From an uncultured Coriobacteriaceae bacterium (GTDB taxonomy: Bacteria > Actinomycetota > Coriobacteriia > Coriobacteriales > Atopobiaceae): 64,000 nt of DNA. Of the stretch, positions 1-8,464 are shown one piece after another. The position numbers were made by a program, and so were the translations under genes. Under the pieces are notes generated by a model that ran no database searches, was not told the DNA's origin, and was given only the letters and a program-made list of their open reading frames with translations. The stretch covers positions 1,428 through 65,427 of the forward strand of contig CADALE010000009.1 of NCBI GenBank assembly GCA_902788705.1, given 5' to 3'. Within the stretch, counting starts at the first letter, position 1. Each line of letters begins with the position of its first letter.

Positions 1-1308
1 ATCGAGCGCCGCCTGCGAGCGAATTACGCGCACCGGACAGCCCGGCGCCATCGGCCGCGTGGTCTTGCACACGATGGACTCGCCCACCCCGGCATCGGCC
101 TCAACGTGCGTGGTCAGGAACTGCGAGGGATCGTCCGTGGGGCGAATCTCCAGCAGGTCGCCCTTGCCCACCGGCCGATGCAGGGCGATGGTGACCTCGG
201 CCCTGGTCACGTGCCGGAAGCGCTCGCGTCCGCCATCGGTGCCGCCGCGCCGCACGCGTGCGCCGCCCAGGTCGCGCGTGGCAACCACCTCGCCCACCAG
301 CTCGCCACGGTTGTTGGACCGCTCGTAGCTCATCATCTCGTTGCCCGAGGTGCCGCGCAGGTAGCTGTTGGTGAAGTCGCGGTTGAAGGCGCGCTTGAGC
401 TGGTCGTGGCGCTGCTGCACGCGAACCTCGTCCACCACGCCGTGCGCAAGGTCGTCAAGGGCCGACCGGTAGGCCGACACCACCGCATGCACGTAGTCGG
501 GAGCCTTCATGCGGCCCTCAAGCTTGAGCGAGGCCAGGCCCGCCGTGGCCATGGCATCGAGGTCGTCCACCGTGCAATAGTCCTTGGGGCACAGCGGGCG
601 GTCCATGCCTGGCATCGACAGCACATGTCCCCGGCCGTCTACCAGCTGATACAGCAGCCGACACGGCTGGGCGCAAAGGCCGCGGTTGGCCGAGCGCGCG
701 CCTCCCATCGAGCTGAGCAGGCACACGCCCGAGTAGCAGAAGCACAGCGCCCCGTGCGCGAAGCCCTCAAGCTCGGCCCCCTCCTGCGAGATGCGCGCAA
801 TCTCGGGCAGTGACAGCTCGCGCGAAAGCGTGACGCGTGCTGCCCCGCGCTCTCGGCACCAAGCCACCCCGCGCGCGTCGTGCACGTTGGCCTGCGTGGA
901 TATATGGCACTCTATCTGCGGGAATCGCCTGCGCACCTCGGCAAGCAGACCCCAGTCCTGGATGATGAAGGCATCGGCGCCCAGCAACCATGCGTGGCGC
1001 ACAAGCGCAAGCGCCTGAGGCATCTCGGAGGTCTTGATGACCACGTTGGTGGTCACGTACACGCGGGCGCCGGCCAGATGCGCCTTGCGACAGGCCGCCT
1101 GGAACGTCTCGTCGGTAAAGTTCTGGGCCCCGCGGCGCGCATTGAAGTCGTTGCCGAAGCCACAGAAGATGGCGTCGGCGCCGGCGGCAAGCGCGGCATC
1201 GAAGGCCTCGGGGCCGCCAGCGGGCGCCAGCAGCTCGGGCACGCGACGAAGGCGCGGCCGGTCGTGGTCGTGACCGTGGTGGGAATGGGTGTGGTCGTGG
1301 TCGTGCAT
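1..1308 (-). CDS. Peptidase U32 family protein (collagenase-like/RlhA-TrhP family). The C-terminus runs off the left window edge.
   Basis: Hand translation of the minus strand from the ATG at 1308-1306 gives MHDHDHTHSHHGHDHDRPRLRRVPELLAPAGGPEAFDAALAAGADAIFCGF...VYVTTNVVI...ISTQANV...CFCYSGVCLLSS...CAQPCR...LKLEGRMK. It is open to position 1. It is absent from the ORF track because it has no in-window stop. High GC3 in this frame. Confidence 0.85.
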   Translation of the reverse strand, partial: MHDHDHTHSHHGHDHDRPRLRRVPELLAPAGGPEAFDAALAAGADAIFCGFGNDFNARRGAQNFTDETFQAACRKAHLAGARVYVTTNVVIKTSEMPQALALVRHAWLLGADAFIIQDWGLLAEVRRRFPQIECHISTQANVHDARGVAWCRERGAARVTLSRELSLPEIARISQEGAELEGFAHGALCFCYSGVCLLSSMGGARSANRGLCAQPCRLLYQLVDGRGHVLSMPGMDRPLCPKDYCTVDDLDAMATAGLASLKLEGRMKAPDYVHAVVSAYRSALDDLAHGVVDEVRVQQRHDQLKRAFNRDFTNSYLRGTSGNEMMSYERSNNRGELVGEVVATRDLGGARVRRGGTDGGRERFRHVTRAEVTIALHRPVGKGDLLEIRPTDDPSQFLTTHVEADAGVGESIVCKTTRPMAPGCPVRVIRSQAALD

Positions 1309-1332
1309 GCGAATCCCTCGAACGCGACGGAC

Positions 1333-1417
1333 AAAAGGGATACTCCCCTTCGAAGCGTTCCAAAAGGGATGCGCCCTTTTGGTATCCGTGCCGAAGGGGA
1401 GTATCCCTTTTGGTATC
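1333..1417. repeat. Nested palindromic intergenic repeat, copy A of the CCAAAAGGGA..TCCCTTTTGG family
   Basis: A perfect 20-nt inverted repeat, aaaagggatactccccttcg (1333-1352) / cgaaggggagtatccctttt (1392-1411), encloses the inner palindrome ccaaaagggatgcgcccttttgg (1360-1382). The direct repeat cccttttggtatc occurs at 1375 and 1405. It lies between the tyrS stop and the U32 start. Confidence 0.7.
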
Positions 1418-1432
1418 GCCTTGTCAGCCGGC

Positions 1433-2653
1433 CTAGACCAGCTTGGCCCAGCGCTTCTTGCCGGCCTGGATGGCGGCGCCGGCCACAAAGGCCGCCGGCT
1501 CGACGTTGTACACCTTCGGCGCCAGCGCCTGGCCAGACACCTTCACGCCGCCGCCGTCGATGAGGCGGCGAGCCTCGCCGGCGCTCTTGGCGATGCCCAC
1601 GCTCACCAGCAGCGCAGGCAGGTACACGAGGCCCTCGTCGTTGAGCTTCACCACGTCGGCAGCGGCAAACTCGGGGGTGTCCTCGGGCATCTCGCCCTTC
1701 TTGAACTGTGCGTCAAAGGCGTCCTGGGCCTTCTGCCCCTCGCCCTCGCCGTGGTACAGGTCGACGATGTTGCGGGCAAGCTGGCGCTTGCGGTCGTACG
1801 GGTCGGCCGTGCCGGCCTTGAACTCGGCGTCGATGGCGTCGATCTCGTCGAGGCTGCAGGTGGAGCACAGGCGGAAGTACATGGGCACGATCTCGTCGGC
1901 GATGCTCATCAGCTTGCCGAACATGTCGGCCGGCTCGTCGGTGAGGCCCACGTAGTTGCCGTAGCTCTTGGACATCTTCTTGTGGCCGTCCAAGCCCACC
2001 AGCAGCGGCATCGTAAGCGCAACCTGCGGCTCCATGCCCTCGGCGCGCATGAGGTCGCGGCCGGCCAGCAGGTTGAAGATCTGGTCGTTGCCACCCATCT
2101 CGAGGTCGGCCTTGATGACCACCGAGTCGTAGGCCTGCAGCACGGGGTAGATGAACTCATGCAGGGCGATGGACTGGCCGTTGGTGTAGCGATTGTGGAA
2201 GTCCTCGCGCTCGAGGATGCGCGCCACGTTGAACTGGGCCATCAGGTGCAGCATGCTCTGCAGGTCAAGCGGCTTCAGCCAGTCGCCGTTGTGCACGATG
2301 GTGGTGCGCTCGGGATCGAGCACCTTCATGGCCTGCTCGACGTAGGTCTTGGCGTTGGCCTCCACCTGCTCCTCGGTGAGGGGCGGACGTGTGGAGTCGC
2401 GGCCCGACGGGTCGCCGATGAGGGCGGTGCCGTTGCCGATGATGAGCGTGACGTTGTGGCCAAGGTCCTGGAACTGGCGCATCTTGCGCAGCGGCACGGC
2501 ATGGCCAAGGTGCAGGTCGGGAGAGGTGGGGTCTACCCCCAGCTTGATGTTGAGCGGCACGCCCTTCTCGAGCTTCTTGCGCAGCTCGTCGAGGGGCACG
2601 ATCTGCATGGTGCCGGACGTGATGACCTTGAGCTGTTCTTCGACTGGCAGCAA
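1433..2653 (-). CDS. tyrS: Tyrosine--tRNA ligase
   Basis: Class I aaRS signatures: DPTSPDLHLGH (HIGH) and KMSKS, with a C-terminal S4-like tail. The ORF is open to 2722. I prefer the in-frame TTG at 2653, preceded by GGAGG at 8-nt spacing, which gives an N-terminus LPVEEQLKVI typical of TyrS. Alternative ATG starts are at 2689 and 2722. Confidence 0.9.
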   Translation of the reverse strand: MLPVEEQLKVITSGTMQIVPLDELRKKLEKGVPLNIKLGVDPTSPDLHLGHAVPLRKMRQFQDLGHNVTLIIGNGTALIGDPSGRDSTRPPLTEEQVEANAKTYVEQAMKVLDPERTTIVHNGDWLKPLDLQSMLHLMAQFNVARILEREDFHNRYTNGQSIALHEFIYPVLQAYDSVVIKADLEMGGNDQIFNLLAGRDLMRAEGMEPQVALTMPLLVGLDGHKKMSKSYGNYVGLTDEPADMFGKLMSIADEIVPMYFRLCSTCSLDEIDAIDAEFKAGTADPYDRKRQLARNIVDLYHGEGEGQKAQDAFDAQFKKGEMPEDTPEFAAADVVKLNDEGLVYLPALLVSVGIAKSAGEARRLIDGGGVKVSGQALAPKVYNVEPAAFVAGAAIQAGKKRWAKLV

Positions 2654-2772
2654 CGAACTTACCTCCAACGGTAGGGGCTTTGGACCCATGGGTTTCGCGA
2701 TCCGCGGCGCGCGGTCGCGCAACTATATAGCATAGCGCAGGCAGACCGTGGCGTGGGCTGGGATTGCGGGGC

Positions 2773-2778
2773 TATAAT
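2773..2778 (+). promoter_or_regulatory. Candidate -10 box (TATAAT) for the acyltransferase/phosphonate operon
   Basis: A perfect TATAAT lies 37 nt upstream of the ATG at 2815, in the tyrS-divergent intergenic region. No convincing -35 element. Confidence 0.4.
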
Positions 2779-2814
2779 GGCCGGGTACCACGCACCACTC
2801 GCAAGGAGAACCCC

Positions 2815-3870
2815 ATGGCCGCACCTGCCCGCAGACGACTTGCCTACATCGACGCGCTCAACGTGATCGCAAGCTTCGCCGTCGTGATGCTACACCTCAA
2901 CTACTGCGTCTGGCTGGGACCGGAAGGCCCGTCTTGGGTATCGGCCATCATCATCGAGACCCTCTTCGTGTGGGCGGTGCCGGTCTTCTTCATGAACACG
3001 GGCACCACGCTCATGGACTACCGCAAGCGTATGTCCACGAAGGAGTTCTTCCGCCGCCGCTTCGAGCGCACCGTGGTGCCGTGGGTGTTCTGGAGCCTGA
3101 TGGGCCTTGCCTTCACCTGCTACCTAGCCAGCGAGTTTGGCACGGCCGAAATGCCCTACCTGGGGCCGCGCTCCATCTTCAACGACATCGCCGAAAGCAA
3201 GTACATCGAGTTCTACTGGTTCTTCCCGGCGCTCTTCTCGATGTACCTCTCGCTGCCGGTGCTGTCGGCCCTCAAGAACCGCGACAGCTCGTTTCGCTAC
3301 ATCATTGCCATGGGGATACTGTTCAGCGGGGTGCTGCCTTTGGTGGGCAAGCTGATAAACACGAGCTCGTTGGGGTCGTTCGCACCTCCCGTGGCCCTGG
3401 GCTATACCCTGTACGTGCTCATCGGCTACCAGCTTTCGCACTGGAAGCCCAGCCGGCAACAGCGCCTGGGCATCTACGCGGCGGGCGTGGTGGGCTGGCT
3501 GGCGCAGCTGGCAGGCACCATGGCGCTCTCGACGGTGGAGGCAGGCGTGTCCACCGTGTTCAAGGGGCAGTTCAGCCCCTTTGCCGTGGCGCAGGCGGTG
3601 GCCGTGTACGTGCTGGTGCGCCACGCCGGCATCGACGAGGCCATCGCGGCGCGGCCGGCGCTAGGCAAGGCTCTGCAGACCCTCTCGAGCGTGACCTTTG
3701 GCATCTACCTCATGCACTGGTTCGTGCTGCGCTGGGTGCAGAACACCATGGACCCCGACCCGCATGACCTCGCGTTTCGTCTGCTGGGCGCCTTCGCTAT
3801 CTACTGGCTGTGCGCCGGCTTCACCTTCCTGCTGAAGCGGATTCCGGTGGTGCGTCGCATCGTGCCGTAG
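2815..3870 (+). CDS. Acyltransferase family 3 (membrane O-acyltransferase, OatA/WecH-like)
   Basis: Polytopic membrane protein starting MAAPARRRLAYIDALNVIASFAVVMLHLN...ETLFVWAVPVFFMNTG, typical of acyltransferase_3. The ATG at 2815 is preceded by AAGGAG. The track ORF starts earlier, at the TTG at 2764. Confidence 0.85.
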   Translation: MAAPARRRLAYIDALNVIASFAVVMLHLNYCVWLGPEGPSWVSAIIIETLFVWAVPVFFMNTGTTLMDYRKRMSTKEFFRRRFERTVVPWVFWSLMGLAFTCYLASEFGTAEMPYLGPRSIFNDIAESKYIEFYWFFPALFSMYLSLPVLSALKNRDSSFRYIIAMGILFSGVLPLVGKLINTSSLGSFAPPVALGYTLYVLIGYQLSHWKPSRQQRLGIYAAGVVGWLAQLAGTMALSTVEAGVSTVFKGQFSPFAVAQAVAVYVLVRHAGIDEAIAARPALGKALQTLSSVTFGIYLMHWFVLRWVQNTMDPDPHDLAFRLLGAFAIYWLCAGFTFLLKRIPVVRRIVP

Positions 3871-4027
3871 GGCTACGCAGTGGCGGAACGTGTTGTCGTG
3901 GCGAACGTGCTCCGAGCACTTTCGCCATTTCAGCCCCCAGAATGGCGGTTTTGCTGGGAGCACATCCGCCACGGCGGACAGCGGTATCATAGAAAAGTTA
4001 GCCCATCGGCCAAAAAAGGAGCCGTAC

Positions 4028-5332
4028 ATGCCCACCGTCTATGTAGCCGTAGCCTCCGACGTCCTCCACGAGGGCATCATCAACGTGATCGCTGCCGCAG
4101 CCCAGCTGGGCGAGGTGACCGTCGGCTTGCTGACCGACGAGGCCATCGCCTCGTACAAGCGCCTTCCCCTCCTCGACTGGGACTCGCGCTTCCAGGTGTA
4201 CTCGGCGCTGCGCGACGTGTCCCGCGTCATCCGCCAAGACACGGTCTCGTACCGTGAGAACCTGCTTGCGCTGCGCCCCGACTTCGTGGTGCACGGCGAT
4301 GACTGGCTGGTGGGCCCGCAGAGCGCGGTGCGCCAAGAGGTCATCGACATCCTGGCCACGTGGGGCGGCCAGCTGGTGGAGGTGCCCTACACCAAGGGCG
4401 TGTCTGCCACCTCGCTGGAGCGCGACCTGCGCGCGCTGTACGGCTCGCCCGACAACCGGCGTGCCGCGCTGCGCAAGGCGCTGGCCCTCAAGCCATACCT
4501 CCGCGTAATCGAGGCCTCCAACGGCCTTGCGGGGCTGGTGGTGGAGAACGCCCGCTACGAGGACGAGGCGACCGGCGAGGTGCGCACCTTCGACGGCATG
4601 TGGGTGTCCAGCCTCTGCGACTCAACCTTCAAGGGCAAGCCCGACATCGAGCTGGTTGACTTCACAAGTCGCCTGGCCACCATCCAGGAGATCATGGACG
4701 TGACCACCAGGCCCATCATCCTTGACGGCGACACCGGCGGCAAGGTTGAGCACTTCGTGTACAACGTGAAGACGCTGGAGCGCGTGGGCGTGTCGGCCAT
4801 CATCATCGAGGACAAGACCGGCCTTAAGCAGAACTCGCTCTTTGGCACCGACCGCCCGCAGGTGATGGAGGACCCGCACGTGTTTGCCGAGAAGATCGCG
4901 GCCGGCAAGCGCGCCCAGCGCACGCGCGACTTCATGATCTTTGCCCGCATCGAGAGCCTCATCGCCGGCTTGGGCATTGACGACGCCCTCATGCGTGCCG
5001 ACATCTACCTGGGCGAGGGCGGCGCCGACGGCATCATGATTCACAGCAAGGACAAGTCGGGCACCGACATCCTTACCTTCCTTGCCCGCTTCCGCGAGAA
5101 GTGGCCGGACGTGCCCGTCATCCTGGTGCCCACCACCTACAACCACCTCACCGAACGCGAGCTTGCCGAGGCGGGCGCCAGCATCATCATCCACGCGAAC
5201 CACCTGCTGAGGGCCTCGTACATGGCGATGCGCGACGTGGCGGGAACCATCCTGGAGCACGGGCGCAGCCTGGAGGCCGACAGCATGTGCCTGCCCATCA
5301 AGGACGTGCTGGCCATCGTGCCGCAGCAGTAG
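4028..5332 (+). CDS. pepM: Phosphoenolpyruvate mutase with an N-terminal TagD-like cytidylyltransferase-fold domain
   Basis: PEP mutase signature EDK-x5-NS (IIEDKTGLKQNSLFG) in an isocitrate-lyase/PEP-mutase fold. The N-terminal ~135 aa resemble glycerol-3-P cytidylyltransferase (GDDW, GVSATS). The ATG at 4028 is preceded by AAGGAG. Confidence 0.9.
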   Translation: MPTVYVAVASDVLHEGIINVIAAAAQLGEVTVGLLTDEAIASYKRLPLLDWDSRFQVYSALRDVSRVIRQDTVSYRENLLALRPDFVVHGDDWLVGPQSAVRQEVIDILATWGGQLVEVPYTKGVSATSLERDLRALYGSPDNRRAALRKALALKPYLRVIEASNGLAGLVVENARYEDEATGEVRTFDGMWVSSLCDSTFKGKPDIELVDFTSRLATIQEIMDVTTRPIILDGDTGGKVEHFVYNVKTLERVGVSAIIIEDKTGLKQNSLFGTDRPQVMEDPHVFAEKIAAGKRAQRTRDFMIFARIESLIAGLGIDDALMRADIYLGEGGADGIMIHSKDKSGTDILTFLARFREKWPDVPVILVPTTYNHLTERELAEAGASIIIHANHLLRASYMAMRDVAGTILEHGRSLEADSMCLPIKDVLAIVPQQ

Positions 5333-5389
5333 GTACCAGGCAAGCCTGGGCGAAAACCCCGCGCCGCCAAGTATGGAAAGGACCGAACG

Positions 5390-6517
5390 ATGATTGATCC
5401 CAAGGCCTTCGTGGACCAGCTGGCCGCAAACGACGTCGACTTCTTCTGCGGCGTGCCTGACTCGCTGCTTAAGGAGCTGTGCTCGTGCGTGGTGGGGTCA
5501 CTGCCTGCCGATAGGCGTCTGACCTGCGCAAACGAGGGCAACGCGGTGGGCGTTGCCTGCGGCTGGCACCTGGCCACGGGCCACGCTGCCTGCGTCTACC
5601 TGCAAAACTCCGGCGAGGGCAACGTGGTGAACCCGCTGCTGTCCATCGCCGACCCCGACGTGTACTCCATCCCCATGGTGCTGGTGATTGGCTGGCGCGG
5701 TGAGCCGGGCGTGCACGACGAGCCCCAGCACGTGAAGCAGGGCAAGGTGACGCTCGGGCTGCTTGAGGCCATGGGCGTGCCCTACGTGGTGCTCGACGCC
5801 GACGGCGACTGGTCAAAGCAGGTGGATGCGCTGCTGGCCACCATGTGTGCCGACAGCCGGCCGGTGGCCCTGGTGGTTCGCAAGGGCACCTTTGCCCCCT
5901 ACCCCGGCGTCAAGCTGCCCAAGCGCTTCGTACTCTCGCGCGAGCAGGCGCTCGAGGCGGTGCTGGACGAGCTGGACGACAACGACCTCGTGGTCTCCAC
6001 TACGGGCAAGACCAGCCGCGAGGTGTTCGAAATCCGCGAGCGCCGCGGCCAAGGCCACGCGAACGACTTCCTCACGGTGGGTGGCATGGGGCACACCAGC
6101 TCCATCGCCCTTGGCCTCGCGCTTGGGCAGGACCATGACGTGTGGTGCCTTGACGGCGACGGCTCGTTCCTCATGCACATGGGGGCCTTCCCCGTGTCGG
6201 CCGCCGTCGCGCCCGCGAACTTCCACTACGTGGTCAACGACAACGGCGCCCACGAGAGCGTGGGCGGCCAGCCCACCGTGGCCTTGGACGCCGACGTCCC
6301 GGGCATCCTGCGCGCGTCGGGCTTTGACCAGGTGATTGAGGCCACGACGGCCGACGAGATCCGCCGCGCCATGGCCATGCTTCGCACCAGCGCACGCTCT
6401 GCGCTGGTCATCTATACCGATCCCGGCTCGCGCGACGACCTTGGCCGCCCAACCACCACGCCACAGCAGAACAAGCAGGCCATGATGGAGCTCATCGGAT
6501 CGAGCAGGGAGGCATGA
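5390..6517 (+). CDS. ppd: Phosphonopyruvate decarboxylase (ThDP-dependent)
   Basis: The N-terminus MIDPKAFVDQLAANDVDFFCGVPDSLLK and the ThDP motif GDGSFLMHMG...NDNGAHESVGG match AepY/Ppd-type decarboxylases. It lies immediately downstream of pepM. Confidence 0.9.
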   Translation: MIDPKAFVDQLAANDVDFFCGVPDSLLKELCSCVVGSLPADRRLTCANEGNAVGVACGWHLATGHAACVYLQNSGEGNVVNPLLSIADPDVYSIPMVLVIGWRGEPGVHDEPQHVKQGKVTLGLLEAMGVPYVVLDADGDWSKQVDALLATMCADSRPVALVVRKGTFAPYPGVKLPKRFVLSREQALEAVLDELDDNDLVVSTTGKTSREVFEIRERRGQGHANDFLTVGGMGHTSSIALGLALGQDHDVWCLDGDGSFLMHMGAFPVSAAVAPANFHYVVNDNGAHESVGGQPTVALDADVPGILRASGFDQVIEATTADEIRRAMAMLRTSARSALVIYTDPGSRDDLGRPTTTPQQNKQAMMELIGSSREA

Positions 6518-8382
6518 TGAAGGTCATCATCTTCAACTCTGGCCTGGGAAGCAGGCTTGGCTCGCTTACCGCCAACCGCCCCAAGTGCCTCGTGCAGCTT
6601 GCGAGCGGCGAGACCATCCTGCACCGTCAGCTGCGCGTGCTTACAAGCTGCGGCCTGCGCGACTTCGTCATTACCACCGGCCCCTTTGCCCAGCTGGTGG
6701 AGGCCGAGGCGCGCGCCTTCGAGGCATGCGGCTGCACCTTCGCGTTTGTGCGCAACGAGCGCTATCAGGAGACCAACTACCTGCACTCGCTTTGGCTTGC
6801 GCGCGACGAGCTGCGCGGCCATGACGTGCTGATGCTTCACGGCGACCTCGTGTTTGACGCTTCCTACGTGCAGGGCTTGCTGGACTCGCCCGAGCCGTGT
6901 CTGGGGTCGGTAAACCCGGCCCTGCCGCTGCCCGACAAGGACTTCAAGGCGCGCGTCGTGGACGACGAGGTGCGCGAGGTAGGCGTGGGCATCTTTGGCG
7001 ACGACTGCCTGACGTTCCAGGCCCTCTACAAGCTGTCTGCCGAGGCGGTGGGCATCTGGCTGGACGAGATTGGGCGCTTCGAGGAGCGCGGCGAGACGGG
7101 CGTGTATGCCGAGAACGCCGCCAACGTGGTGTTTGGCCAGATGCACGTGCGCACCCACTCCTATGAGGGACACTACGTGGAGGAGGTGGACACGCCGGAG
7201 GACCTCGCGCGCGTGTCGGCCGGCATCCGCGCGATGGACTTCGCAAGCCAGCCCGTGTTTGAGGTTTGCGACGAGGGGCTTGAGCTGGTGGAGGGACGCA
7301 CCTATGGCGCGCTGGCCACTGCCCACAGCCTCGCTGACCTGGTGTCCGCCCTTGGCATGCGGCGGCCCCTCGTGGTGGTGGACGGGTACTTTGCCGAGCG
7401 GCTTGACGCGATTTGCGATGGCTCGCTGGTGGGCAGTCCCACGTTTGCGGGCTACGCGCCCAACCCCACCTACGAGCAGATCCTTGACGGCATCGCGGCG
7501 TTCCGCGCGGCCGGGTGCGACGGCGTGGTAAGCGTGGGCGGCGGCAGCTCCATCGACGTGGCCACGTGCATCCGCCTGTGGGCTCCCCTGCCGGGCGACG
7601 GCCGTGACCCGCGCTTTGCCGAGCTGGACCAGCAGCCCATGACGACGGTCCCCCATCTGGCCATCCCCACCACCGCGGGCACGGGCTCGGAGTCAACCCA
7701 CTTCGCGGTGATGTACCTTGACGGACGCAAGCTCTCCATCGCGCAGGAGAGCGCGCTGCCCAGCGTTGCCGTGCTCGACTCGCGCCTGCTTGCGGGACTT
7801 CCCGCCTACCAGCGCGCCTCCACCTTCCTGGACGCGCTTTGCCAGGCCGTCGAGTCGCACTGGTCGGCACGCTCGTGCGACGCGAGCCGCAGCTACTCGT
7901 CGCGCGCCATCCCGGCGCTCATGGGCAACGCCCGTGAGTATCTGGCAGGTGACGCCGACGCCGCGCATGCCGTCATGCGTGCGGCCAACCTGGCGGGCAA
8001 GGCCATCAACGTTACCACCACCACGGCACCGCACGCCCTGAGCTACAAGCTGAGCTCGCTCTACCACATCCCGCACGGCCATGCCGTGGCGCTGACGATG
8101 GCAGCGTGCTGGAAGCTGTTGCTTGAGCAGGGCGACGAGGCCACGCAGGAGCGCCTCACCGAGATTGCGCAGCTCATGACCGCCCGCGCCGATGCCCAGG
8201 CACACGATGGCCTGGAGGCGTTCGAGGAGCTGCTTGCCTCGCTTGACCTGCCAACGACGCCGCATCCCACCGAGGAGGAGCTGGAGCAGCTGGTGACCAG
8301 CGTGAACGTGCAGAGGCTGGCCAACTTCCCGCTTACGCTCTCGCCTGAGACGATACGGAGCATCTACCAGCAGCTTGCCTAG
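6514..8382 (+). CDS. Bifunctional fusion: LicC/PntC-like nucleotidyltransferase (N-terminal) plus iron-containing alcohol dehydrogenase (C-terminal, candidate phosphonoacetaldehyde reductase)
   Basis: N-terminal MKVIIFNSGLGSRLGSLTANRPKCLV carries the G-x-G-S-R-L nucleotidyltransferase motif. The C-terminal half has Fe-ADH motifs GGGSSIDVATC and PHGHAVAL. ATGA overlap with the ppd stop, and AGGGAGG RBS. Confidence 0.85.
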   Translation: MMKVIIFNSGLGSRLGSLTANRPKCLVQLASGETILHRQLRVLTSCGLRDFVITTGPFAQLVEAEARAFEACGCTFAFVRNERYQETNYLHSLWLARDELRGHDVLMLHGDLVFDASYVQGLLDSPEPCLGSVNPALPLPDKDFKARVVDDEVREVGVGIFGDDCLTFQALYKLSAEAVGIWLDEIGRFEERGETGVYAENAANVVFGQMHVRTHSYEGHYVEEVDTPEDLARVSAGIRAMDFASQPVFEVCDEGLELVEGRTYGALATAHSLADLVSALGMRRPLVVVDGYFAERLDAICDGSLVGSPTFAGYAPNPTYEQILDGIAAFRAAGCDGVVSVGGGSSIDVATCIRLWAPLPGDGRDPRFAELDQQPMTTVPHLAIPTTAGTGSESTHFAVMYLDGRKLSIAQESALPSVAVLDSRLLAGLPAYQRASTFLDALCQAVESHWSARSCDASRSYSSRAIPALMGNAREYLAGDADAAHAVMRAANLAGKAINVTTTTAPHALSYKLSSLYHIPHGHAVALTMAACWKLLLEQGDEATQERLTEIAQLMTARADAQAHDGLEAFEELLASLDLPTTPHPTEEELEQLVTSVNVQRLANFPLTLSPETIRSIYQQLA

Positions 8383-8405
8383 CCTCTTAGCGATTGAAAT
8401 CGGTG

Positions 8406-8438
8406 CAGGCCCGCCACCTCGTAAGGGTGGCGGGCCTG
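8406..8438. terminator. Bidirectional GC-rich hairpin between the convergent operons
   Basis: caggcccgccacc (8406-8418) / ggtggcgggcctg (8426-8438), a 13-bp perfect stem with a 7-nt loop. It lies between the stops at 8382 (+) and 8465 (-). Confidence 0.6.
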
Positions 8439-8464
8439 CTCAAATCGTATCGGGGACAGTGGTC

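Noticed and set aside
59-1363. Track ORFs 106-813 (+), 767-1363 (-) and others at the left edge.
   Set aside because: All are alternative frames of the real, edge-truncated U32 peptidase gene (minus strand, frame ending at position 1). The track omits that gene because it has no in-window stop.
2654-2814. A possible T-box leader or riboswitch upstream of tyrS.
   Set aside because: Only about 120-160 nt are available, and they are shared with a divergent promoter. I found no specifier-loop/T-box (AGGGUGGNACCGCG-like) sequence and no terminator/antiterminator pair.
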